Source: a virus. Taken from it: DNA of 64,000 bases. Positions 28,661 through 37,800 of this stretch are shown here, one piece after another. The stretch covers positions 8,866-72,865 of the IMG/VR virus record IMGVR_UViG_3300046657_000006. One strand, written 5' to 3'. The notes beneath the pieces were generated by a model that had not been told where the DNA came from, made no database searches, and saw only the letters and a program-made list of their open reading frames with translations. Every line of letters starts with the position of its first letter. Within the stretch, counting starts at the first letter, position 1. The position numbers were made by a program, and so were the translations under genes.

Positions 28661-29280
28661 TGTCTCAGTGGCAGAGTTCGCAAGTTGAATTTTGGCGTAA
28701 GACGATCTTTGAAGGATACGACGTTTCTAGTCAGGGGCGAATACGCTCTTGGTGGGTAATCGTTGCTAATAAGGGATGGAGCAACGGAGCACGCGGAGAA
28801 CTGTCCGACTCACCTAGAATTATTCAGGGAGCGGCTGGCGACAGCTCGGGTTATCCATACCTCAACGTGCGTGGTACGAATCGCGCTTGCCCTAAGATTC
28901 ATCGCCTTGTCGCAATTGCGTTTATTCCGAACCCCGAGAATAAGCCGGAGGTTAATCATAAAACCGGAGTCAAGGCGAATAACTGGACTGATAATTTAGA
29001 GTGGGCAACACGTCAAGAGAATATCGATCACGCATGGAGAATAGGATTACGTGATGACATCATGCCGAGCGGTGAAAGCCATTATGGTTCAAAAATTTCA
29101 GATGAGCGTGTCCTTGAAATGCAAAGACTTTATGATCAAGGGGTGAAACCGATTCATCTAGCGCCAATGTTCGGTGTTACATTAGCGAACACTTATGACC
29201 TAGCAAAAGGTGCTCGCGGTAGAGGAAAAACTTTAAGGGAGAAATCACATGAGCGGATTGCTAACCTACACAACCGATAA
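28642..29280 (+). mobile_element. NUMOD4/HNH homing endonuclease
   Basis: YDVSSQGRIRS, IHRLVAIAFIPNPENKPEVNHKTGVKANN..DNLEW. Confidence 0.9.
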
Positions 29281-29605
29281 CAGAGAGACAAGTGCCCTCT
29301 GTGGATACGCCGCGCTCCAAGCAGGAGTGCAAGGTTATTTAACGACAGCAGGGATTACTGCTGCGACTTCGGGCCAAGACTTGATCGATCTGGTCAACGC
29401 GGCTGTTGTTGCTGCGGGGGCGGAGTCGCCAGCCCAACGTCTGGCTATTGCAAAAGCAATCCAAGAAGGGATCAATCTTGGCGATTTTTCTGCAACGAGA
29501 GTGCAGTCTGCAACCACTCCGTTATCCCTTGCGGAATTGACATGGGCCACGCAAAATCCCGCGATCTACAATGGGTTCCTTGGGCCGAATCTCATAACGG
29601 GGTAG
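29249..29605 (+). CDS. putative virion protein
   Basis: A/G/T-rich ORF with GGAG RBS. Confidence 0.55.
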   Translation: MSGLLTYTTDNRETSALCGYAALQAGVQGYLTTAGITAATSGQDLIDLVNAAVVAAGAESPAQRLAIAKAIQEGINLGDFSATRVQSATTPLSLAELTWATQNPAIYNGFLGPNLITG

Positions 29606-29607
29606 CC

Positions 29608-29967
29608 ATGCACGATATTACCGAGTTAGCGCGTAATGCGTGGAACGCTGCACGCACGGATTCCGCTCCGGTGTTTGATGACTTGGAAGAAAGCTATCGC
29701 CAGAGACTCTTGGATCGTGCTCAAAACGTCGCAACTTTAGGATACCCAACAAGTGAAGGCGGAATCTTCCAGACGTTTGAGCAGAACGTGATTGAGGTGT
29801 TGCAACCTGAGAGATTCCATCCGCTTTCGAAACAATTCGCTCAAGTTCCCGAAGAGGTAAAAGAGGAACTAGTTGCCGAAGTAGAGGAAGAGAAGCCCAA
29901 GAAGAAAGCGGCACCAAAGACTCCGGTTAAGAAGGCTGTGAAGGCAGTTAAGAAAGCTAAGAAATGA
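29608..29967 (+). CDS. hypothetical protein with histone-H1-like K/A tail
   Basis: KPKKKAAPKTPVKKAVKAVKKAKK. Confidence 0.6.
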   Translation: MHDITELARNAWNAARTDSAPVFDDLEESYRQRLLDRAQNVATLGYPTSEGGIFQTFEQNVIEVLQPERFHPLSKQFAQVPEEVKEELVAEVEEEKPKKKAAPKTPVKKAVKAVKKAKK

Positions 29968-30356
29968 AATTCTTTCGACTCTTAGCAAGAATTCGGTACT
30001 GGCGCAATCGGGCACTCAGGGCTGAGACGCGAATTATTGAAATCTCTGCTCAGGCCGAAGCAGAACGTTATCGAAACATGAGCAGAGAAGACGCTTTTGC
30101 GTCGGCGGCATGTTTGCAAGGTCGAGGGATGGTGGGGATAGTACCTCGTGACGCTCCGGCTGAAACTCGACGTTCAAGGTTTGTGGAGCAAGTTGACCCG
30201 TGGCAAGCGCTTACCAGAATAGAGAAAGACGAGTTTGAAAAAGAGTGGCTTGTGGATGCGATTACTCATGGCGTTGACCCTCGTAGAGCGCAACAGGATT
30301 ACTTGAAAGAACTTGCTCGACGTAAACAGTTTAACGATGAGCCGACAATCGGCTAA
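29964..30356 (+). CDS. hypothetical protein
   Basis: ATGA-coupled, directly before the portal. Confidence 0.6.
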   Translation: MKFFRLLARIRYWRNRALRAETRIIEISAQAEAERYRNMSREDAFASAACLQGRGMVGIVPRDAPAETRRSRFVEQVDPWQALTRIEKDEFEKEWLVDAITHGVDPRRAQQDYLKELARRKQFNDEPTIG

Positions 30357-30370
30357 CGTGTGACCCCCTT

Positions 30371-32950
30371 GTGGCAGCTAATTTCACCCAACTCTCAGTT
30401 CCCCTCGCACGCAATAGCGCGAACTTCGCGCCAATAAAACCTCTTCAAAAGTTACTTCAAGATAAAAAACCCGCTTCTGACGATCAAGCCTCGGAGTTTG
30501 AAAAGGCCGTAAGACGTGTTTACCAAGCTCGAATGAAGTATGAGGAATCTGCGTGGAATGAACTTTACTCAATGGCGCAGTTAGTTGCTTTATTTAGAAC
30601 TGGCAATCAACTTTTAGTTCGTCGTCCTTATGGCGTTGGCTATTATGTGCGCCCGATTGCCAATGACGATACTTACCGTCAGACAGCAATGAACATGATG
30701 GGTTTTCATTCTCAGATTTGCGAATCGAAAATCACCGCCTCAAATCCAAATGTAAACATGCGAGCGGGAGATGATACTCCGCAGTCTATTGCGGCGGCTC
30801 AGGCATGTAGACCTGTGGTTGATTGTTATGAGACGGAGTGGTACACCTCGAAGTTTACGCGTAGGGAAGCTCTGGATTTACTGACGAATGGAATGTTCAT
30901 TCATATCGTTCGTTGGAATCCTTTTAAGGGTGGGTGGTCGGTTCAGGAACGCCAAGTTTCTCAAGTCCAAAAGCAGTCTGATGATGGGTACGGAGAGTGC
31001 GCGGAATGCTCTTTTGTCGGACGCGCCCAAGACTTTGACGGCGAAGTTTGCCCAGAGTGTCAAAGTGGGGCAGTGGACGTTAAACCGCCGACAATGATTA
31101 ACCTGAATCAAATTCGGATGGGTGAGTCTCGGCCAGTGGGTGAACCGGAATTGATTCGTACTCCGTTTCAAGGATGGAGATGGGACTTATCGAAAGACCT
31201 TGAAGAGTCAAGTTGGGCGATCTTCCGTCAAAGAATCACTCAGGGTGTTGTGAACTTAATGTTGGGGGACGTAGTTATTCCCGACACGGATAGTTCCAGT
31301 GATCGGGGATTAGAGATTCTTCATGCCCTTGCCTATGCCGGACAGGCTTTTCAAGGCCAGTCGAACCAGTCAACTTATGGCTATGGCCGCAATACTGATC
31401 GCCAACCGACTATGTGTGAGTTTTGGGTGTCGCTTGAAGATATGGCAGAGATTCAAATTGAAGAATCTGTGACTGTATCGGGGCAGACGATTCCCAAAGG
31501 CCGCATGAGTGATTTCTTCAAGGAGCCTGTTTGTATTGTTGGTCTTAACGACATGTCGGTAGTCGTAGGAGTGTATGCGAGCGAATCCCACAAACAGCAA
31601 GCGATTACAGGTCAGTGGATTATGCAGTCGGATTCCGGCGCAGGACGAGGCATGGAAGACACTGCCGCCGTGCAGAGAAGATTCAACGCGGTAGACGGCC
31701 AGATTTATCAAGGCTTGGCAATGACCGCGACTCCGGCAATTCTGACAGACTCTCGATTCCTACATGACGATCAGGATGAGTATCTGTTTACTCCCGGCAA
31801 GAATGTTGGGATAAACATGAGTCTCTTGCCGCCAAATTTAGGACTGAAGGATGCGTTCTTTCTAGGTAATCCGGGAAATGTCAGTCAGCAATATATAAAC
31901 TACGGTACTCAGTTCCTTCGGCAGATGGCCGATATTTCGTCTTTCGCAACCGAGTTTTCGGACGTGTTAAGCATTGATAACCGAACGGCTACCGGAGCGC
32001 AGATAAGCAACGCTTTGGCTAATTCACTTTATGGCCCAATGCTCGCGACTAAAGCCCAAGCAAGAGTAACAATAGCCAAGCGAATCGTAGAGCTTGTAGC
32101 GAAGCACGATGCGACTGAAAGATACTTTCCGGGCAAAGGTAATGCACGGGGAAGAATGGTTTCAGGGCGCGACTTGAAGGGCAAGGTTGTATTTGAGTTA
32201 GTTCCTAATTCAGAGCTTCCGGTTACAAGTTTTAGTCAGCAGACAGATGTAAGGGTGTTCTTTGAATCGTTTGGTGGCGCACCAATAGCAGCGCAGTTAA
32301 AGAAGGCTGATCCTGAGTTTTTCCGTGCGACCGCAGCGCCGTTTAACATCCCTTGGGGTAACGAGAGCGATGACGATATTTCAACGTTGTGCCTCGATAG
32401 ACTCGAACAAATGAAGCTGAACCTTCAGGCGGGAGTTTCTGACCCGAAGATGTTGGCTCAGACGATTCAGCCGCCAATTTCGGTTATTGAACCCAAGCAC
32501 AAAGAGAAGGCGGATTGGTACGCAGATTTTCTCGATCTTAAACAAGGCCAAGAGTCTGATATTATTTTGCGCGAGGCTGTGACTGAAGTTTATTGGTTGC
32601 ACATGAATTACGAAACGCAGAAACAGATTCCGCCGTCTTTGAATGCTGGCATCGTAGCCGCAGCAGGGCAAGCGCCGATGGCATTGGGCGCGGCGGCGTT
32701 ACAGCAAGAACAAGCACCGCCTCAAGAGCAAGATGAGAGCACGCAGATTGAAGCTGACGTGGCTATGTCTCAAGCTGACAATGAAAACGATTTGAAGTTG
32801 AAGGCGATGGAGTCGGAAACAGCAATCGCTGTAGCAAAACAACAAGGGGAGAATCAGCTTGCGGCGACAAAGTTACAGGGTGAGAACCAGAAGGCCGTAG
32901 CTAAATTGAAACCCAGGCCTGTAGTAAGACCCGCAGCAAAGGCAAGCTAA
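30371..32950 (+). CDS. portal protein (P22-like, long C-terminal helix)
   Basis: 859 aa downstream of terL; RTATGAQI motif; Q/A-rich helical C-terminus. Confidence 0.75.
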   Translation: MAANFTQLSVPLARNSANFAPIKPLQKLLQDKKPASDDQASEFEKAVRRVYQARMKYEESAWNELYSMAQLVALFRTGNQLLVRRPYGVGYYVRPIANDDTYRQTAMNMMGFHSQICESKITASNPNVNMRAGDDTPQSIAAAQACRPVVDCYETEWYTSKFTRREALDLLTNGMFIHIVRWNPFKGGWSVQERQVSQVQKQSDDGYGECAECSFVGRAQDFDGEVCPECQSGAVDVKPPTMINLNQIRMGESRPVGEPELIRTPFQGWRWDLSKDLEESSWAIFRQRITQGVVNLMLGDVVIPDTDSSSDRGLEILHALAYAGQAFQGQSNQSTYGYGRNTDRQPTMCEFWVSLEDMAEIQIEESVTVSGQTIPKGRMSDFFKEPVCIVGLNDMSVVVGVYASESHKQQAITGQWIMQSDSGAGRGMEDTAAVQRRFNAVDGQIYQGLAMTATPAILTDSRFLHDDQDEYLFTPGKNVGINMSLLPPNLGLKDAFFLGNPGNVSQQYINYGTQFLRQMADISSFATEFSDVLSIDNRTATGAQISNALANSLYGPMLATKAQARVTIAKRIVELVAKHDATERYFPGKGNARGRMVSGRDLKGKVVFELVPNSELPVTSFSQQTDVRVFFESFGGAPIAAQLKKADPEFFRATAAPFNIPWGNESDDDISTLCLDRLEQMKLNLQAGVSDPKMLAQTIQPPISVIEPKHKEKADWYADFLDLKQGQESDIILREAVTEVYWLHMNYETQKQIPPSLNAGIVAAAGQAPMALGAAALQQEQAPPQEQDESTQIEADVAMSQADNENDLKLKAMESETAIAVAKQQGENQLAATKLQGENQKAVAKLKPRPVVRPAAKAS

Positions 32951-32951
32951 G

Positions 32952-33344
32952 ATGCTCAAGACAAGTCAAAGCGGTAGATGGGAAATACTTTGTTGTTGGT
33001 GGTATCTCAAATTGCGGCGTAAGGATGTAAGCGCAAGTGTGTGGCTATCGCGCAAACGATGGGCATTGGGTTTCGGGAAAGGCGCTTGGCACCTATCTAT
33101 TTGGAATGCTAGGAAATGGAGTTTCCTTGACTGTGGAACTAATTACCGAGAAGACGGCATAAGGATAGGAGGGGTTTGCTTTGTGCTGGCGCACGGTTGG
33201 TTGCTCGGAAAGCCGTTTGGCGGGGTCGGCTATTCAGAGTCTGAACCAGAAGACCGATTTTACCGAGTAGATGATTGGGACGTTCCCGGACAGAAGCCGC
33301 CTCCGAGCGGAGGGACACTTGAAGACGCGATGGGGTTTAGCTAA
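32952..33344 (+). CDS. Trp-rich hypothetical protein
   Basis: ORF exactly fills the gap between portal and the next gene. Confidence 0.5.
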   Translation: MLKTSQSGRWEILCCWWYLKLRRKDVSASVWLSRKRWALGFGKGAWHLSIWNARKWSFLDCGTNYREDGIRIGGVCFVLAHGWLLGKPFGGVGYSESEPEDRFYRVDDWDVPGQKPPPSGGTLEDAMGFS

Positions 33345-34801
33345 TGGCATCACTTCGAGACTTATTGCGACGGACTCCCGGATTTGCTGGTGGGAACCTG
33401 GAAGACCAACTGACGCAAGCGGCTCAAGCTCAACAAGGCCAACGACCACAGAGCTTTCGCGAGCTGATGGGTGAGAATAATCCCGATCCGTTTATGCGGA
33501 ACCCTAACGCGCTACTTGACAACCCAAATCCGCAAGTTCTTACTCCACAAAACCAGCAAGCAATTACACGCCCGCGAACTGTAACCAGCCCAGCGGCGGC
33601 ATCTATGCGGGATATGATAACTCGCCAATCTGAATCTCCGGTTCAGCGCCCAGACATGAACCCTGAAGCCAATCCTCTTCCGATGCGTCAGATGCAGCCG
33701 GAAATGAATCCGCTCCCTATGCGACCGTTTAGCATGAATGGGCAGAACGTAGCAGGAGAAGACGCGCCGTTTGGTTCCAGTGGAGAACCGTTTAGCCCCG
33801 ACAGGCCGCGTCGAACTCAGATGCGAGACTTTATTGCTGACGATGAAGCATTTTTACGAGACGTAGAACAGCAGCCTCGTAATTGGCGAGATAAAACAGT
33901 TGATGCAATCCGTGCTTTGAACACGAATTTTAACGGCGCGGGTCAAGTTTCCCCGCCAACCAAACGCGAACGAGAACTTGCGAGAGCGCAAAGTACACTA
34001 GGCCGCGATGTCACTTTGAGAGACAAGTCCACGGCAGCGGCAGCGAGAGAAGCGAATATCCTTGCCGCAGAAGAAAGACTCAAGCAAGGCGACAGGCGAT
34101 TGGATTTAAGCGCCGACACCTTGAAGGCGCGTACTGAACGATGGAAGACAATGGGACGGAACGAACGTCGCAAAGATGCCCTTGCTATCTACAATTCTGG
34201 TGGAGCGAACGACCCTGAAACCCTGAGTGCCATTTCAGATGCTTTAGACCTTCCGGCTGACTTGAAACCGAAATTCGTCGCGGGTGAGATTGTTGCGCAG
34301 CCAGACGCGACGGGCGAAGTGCAGCTAATCAACAAGCGTGACGGGTCTAAAGTAAGTACGGGTGTAAAGACCTATGAGACAACTAAAGAAGCTGGAAGGG
34401 ATGCTCGGCAGGAGCGTAGTGCGGTTGCTGCGATGGCTCGTACAAAAGCTCTAATTGGGGCAGGAATGGCAAAGTTGGGCGATCCATCTGTCATCGAATC
34501 TACCGTTCAGGATTTGGAAGATCAAGCGCAAGAGGCCGATGAGTCGGCAGCGGATTTAACCGAGAAAGGCTTTCCTTCACAGGGAGCGAAAGCAGCAGAT
34601 AGAGCGGTAAAGTTGAGACAGTCTATTGCAGACCTGAAAGTAGAAGCAGGGAAGGTTCGCAGTGGTCAGGCTGCTGCTGGAACTGGAGCCCCGAAGTCAG
34701 GACGAACCATTGAAGGAGCAATTAGAGCGTTTACTAAAAGCCAGAAACGTGCTCCTACGCCTGATGAAGTAGCAAAGATGAAGGCCGCGTTAGGTCAATG
34801 A
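33344..34801 (+). CDS. putative internal virion/ejection protein
   Basis: P/Q/M-rich disordered N-terminus with NPLPMR repeat, helical C-terminus. Confidence 0.55.
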   Translation: MASLRDLLRRTPGFAGGNLEDQLTQAAQAQQGQRPQSFRELMGENNPDPFMRNPNALLDNPNPQVLTPQNQQAITRPRTVTSPAAASMRDMITRQSESPVQRPDMNPEANPLPMRQMQPEMNPLPMRPFSMNGQNVAGEDAPFGSSGEPFSPDRPRRTQMRDFIADDEAFLRDVEQQPRNWRDKTVDAIRALNTNFNGAGQVSPPTKRERELARAQSTLGRDVTLRDKSTAAAAREANILAAEERLKQGDRRLDLSADTLKARTERWKTMGRNERRKDALAIYNSGGANDPETLSAISDALDLPADLKPKFVAGEIVAQPDATGEVQLINKRDGSKVSTGVKTYETTKEAGRDARQERSAVAAMARTKALIGAGMAKLGDPSVIESTVQDLEDQAQEADESAADLTEKGFPSQGAKAADRAVKLRQSIADLKVEAGKVRSGQAAAGTGAPKSGRTIEGAIRAFTKSQKRAPTPDEVAKMKAALGQ

Positions 34802-34802
34802 G

Positions 34803-37800
34803 ATGGACGAGGACTACGGAGATGTGATTTCTGCCGCGATGCCTACCCCCGCGCCTAAACTTACCAGAACGGTACGCGGAGCTGAGAAGCTTAAAGGCGT
34901 CCAACCCGATCTTGTAAATCATTGGAACAAACTTCAAGACGAATTCAGTAAGGCTGGCTTAAGCCCTGCGATCAAGTCTGGGTTTCGTACCGCTGAACAG
35001 CAAAACTCGCTTCATAGACGAGGCTATCCCACAAAAGGCAATGATGGGTACGTAAATATCTCCCCCCATCAAGAGGGGCGAGCGTTAGACATTTCTTTCT
35101 CTGCCGCCCAAAAACCCAAAGGCCGAGAGATTATCGCTGCGTATGCTAAGGCTAATGGTCTTCATGTTCCTTCTGATGAGCCGTGGCATCTAGCGATTCC
35201 GAAAGCACTAAAAGCACAACAAGATGACTATGCCGATGTGATTGGCGCAGCGGTTCCGAGGGCTAAAACTGAATCTACAGCAACAGCGGATTCTTACGAT
35301 GAGGTGGTAGCGGCTGCTGCGCCAAAGGGAAAACAGCCGTCGATTACTACCGCTTTAGATAAACTTACGGCAGACGTTACTAATCGCACGTCAAATATTA
35401 AAGCTCCCCGTCCTGCACATGAAGGCCAACCGCGTGCATCTACCGTGAACTTATCTTCAGATGAACTGCGCGTGATGAAGGGCGAGCAGCCTGTTGATCG
35501 TCAAGCCTACTCGCGACAGCAGGACGCGCAGGCGCGATTGAGCCGCATGCGGGATGAATCGTACCGTGAAAGACAAGCAAGAGAAGCGAAGGACATTGCG
35601 TGGCGTAAAGCGAACCAGCCCGAAATTGATCGGCAGACTGAATTGTACAAGCAAGACATTCGCAAGTCTGGTGGTAATGCTGTTCGATGGCTGACAGAGT
35701 TAGGTAAAAAGGGCGCTGGGCAAATGCTCGAAGTTTGGCCCGGCGACACGGCGAGAATTCACAGTGAGGCGGCAATACGCGCAGCCGAAGAAGAGGGAGC
35801 AAGTAGATCGCAACTATCTAAGGGCATACAAAATATTGGCGCTGGTTTTATCGGTTCTGCTCCTGAACTTGGCGCAATGGCGTTAGGTATCCCTGCTCCT
35901 GCGGTGTTTGCTGGTGGCGGTGCAATCCGTTCCAAGTCAAGTGACCCGCTGGAAGTTGCCAATGTTGCCGAACACGGCGGGGCAACTGGATTGGCATACG
36001 AGATTCCCGGCGTTGGTGAGGGAGTGAAGAAGGTTCTCAGTGGCAGTGCCGCCACAGGGTTAGGCACGGCAGCGATTGATTTGGCATCGGGGGCGACCCC
36101 AAAGGAAGCCTTGATTAGCGGCGCGACTAACGCCCTTATGCGTGGTGTACCCGAAGCCGCAAGGATGCTCAAACATGGTGTCCCTGAACGCCCTGAAACC
36201 ATAAGCGCCCAATTAGAACAGCGTGGTTATTCTTTAGTCCCTGAAGGAACTCCAAAACCGTCCATTCCGCGAGGCTTCAGAACAGAAAAGACACAAGATG
36301 GAGTTGTGTACTTCGATCCAAAAAGAATCAGCCGCGAAGAAATCAGAAACACTCCCACGCAAGAACTGCTTGGCCATTTAGAACCAAAATCGGAATCAAC
36401 TACTGAAACCGTGGTAGCTAGAACTCCCGAAGGTACAGAGATTCAGTCTTCAGCCGTTTCGCCCGAGAATGTAGAGAAACAAGCTGAAGTGATGCAGGAA
36501 CAGTATCCCGCTGCCAAGATAGAAACAGGCGGCAATGACCTTGCTGAAAAAGTGATTGCGGAGCGCGTTGAACCACAGAGGTTCCAACATCTTCAGTTTG
36601 GCGAAGTGGAGGCTCTACCTGATCAAGTTGGCGCGGGAAATGGCAGACTGAAAGTTGCTGAAGTTGCGAATCCCGAGAAGGTTCATTACGTCAAAAAGGC
36701 AGACTTACGTGGTCGCGGAAATGAAAGAATGGTTCCGCTGAAAACAGAACCTCAGAACATATCAACCGCGCCGCCGTTAAAACCTGAAACCGCTGCCGAG
36801 AATGCGGCGCGAATAGAAGACGCCAAGTCTCAACTTTCAGAACTCTCCCAAAAGAGAGGAGAAACGATTGAAACCCCCGTAGCCCCCAATAAATCCATTG
36901 ACGCTGCGGATACTTCCGTGGAGGGGTTGGGGGCAACCTCTCCATCTACTACTGCCGCTAAGAAGGCGAGCATGGCGGCTGATCGGGCAGAATTGGATTT
37001 GCCTGAACTTCCCCCTGCCGAACGTCGAAGTTGGCAAGAATCGCTCGACAAAGCGAAGGAAAAGGGCACACAGAACGCGGGTGTATTGGCCGATGAAGTT
37101 CTAAAGAGGCCGCGAGCGTTGAACGATACAGAGACGGCGCAATTAGTTCTTCGCGCCCAAGAGGTAAAAAATGAACATAGCAGAGTAATGAAGGAAATCG
37201 GAGCCGCGAAGGACATTGAAACCATTCAAGCGAAACGAGCGGAAGCGGAAGCACTTGAAGGGGAATTCGATAAACTAACTCAAGCGACAAAAGCATCCGG
37301 CACTGAAAAAGGCCGCAATCTGGCAAGCCAGAAACTCACAATCAACCAAGACTTTGATTTAGTGAGCATGGTTCAGCGTGCCAAAGCCGCGAGAGGGCGA
37401 GAGCTGAGACCCGAAGAACGCGCCAAAATTGAGACTCAGGCAAAACAGATTGAAGAATTGACTGCGAAACTTGCCGAAGCAGAAGACCGCGTCAAAGCTA
37501 CGAGTCTGCAAAAAGAAATTGACAAGGTGGTTCGCCGTGGTCGCAGAGCAGAAACGAAAGCGACTCTTGATGATGAATTCGCAGATTTAAGAGCCCAATT
37601 CGCTCAAGCGCGAGCAGAAGCGCCAAGAGTGCAAGCGTCCGGTTTGGCGGGGTTAGACCCTGAAGGGAAACTAACAGTCTTGATCGGCAAGATGGCGCGG
37701 AACCGAGTGAAGGCGGGAACGGTTCAGGCTGAAGCCCTTGTGGATGAGATTTACTCTGCGATAAAAGAGCACGTTGAGGGCGTAACACCGAGAGACGTAA

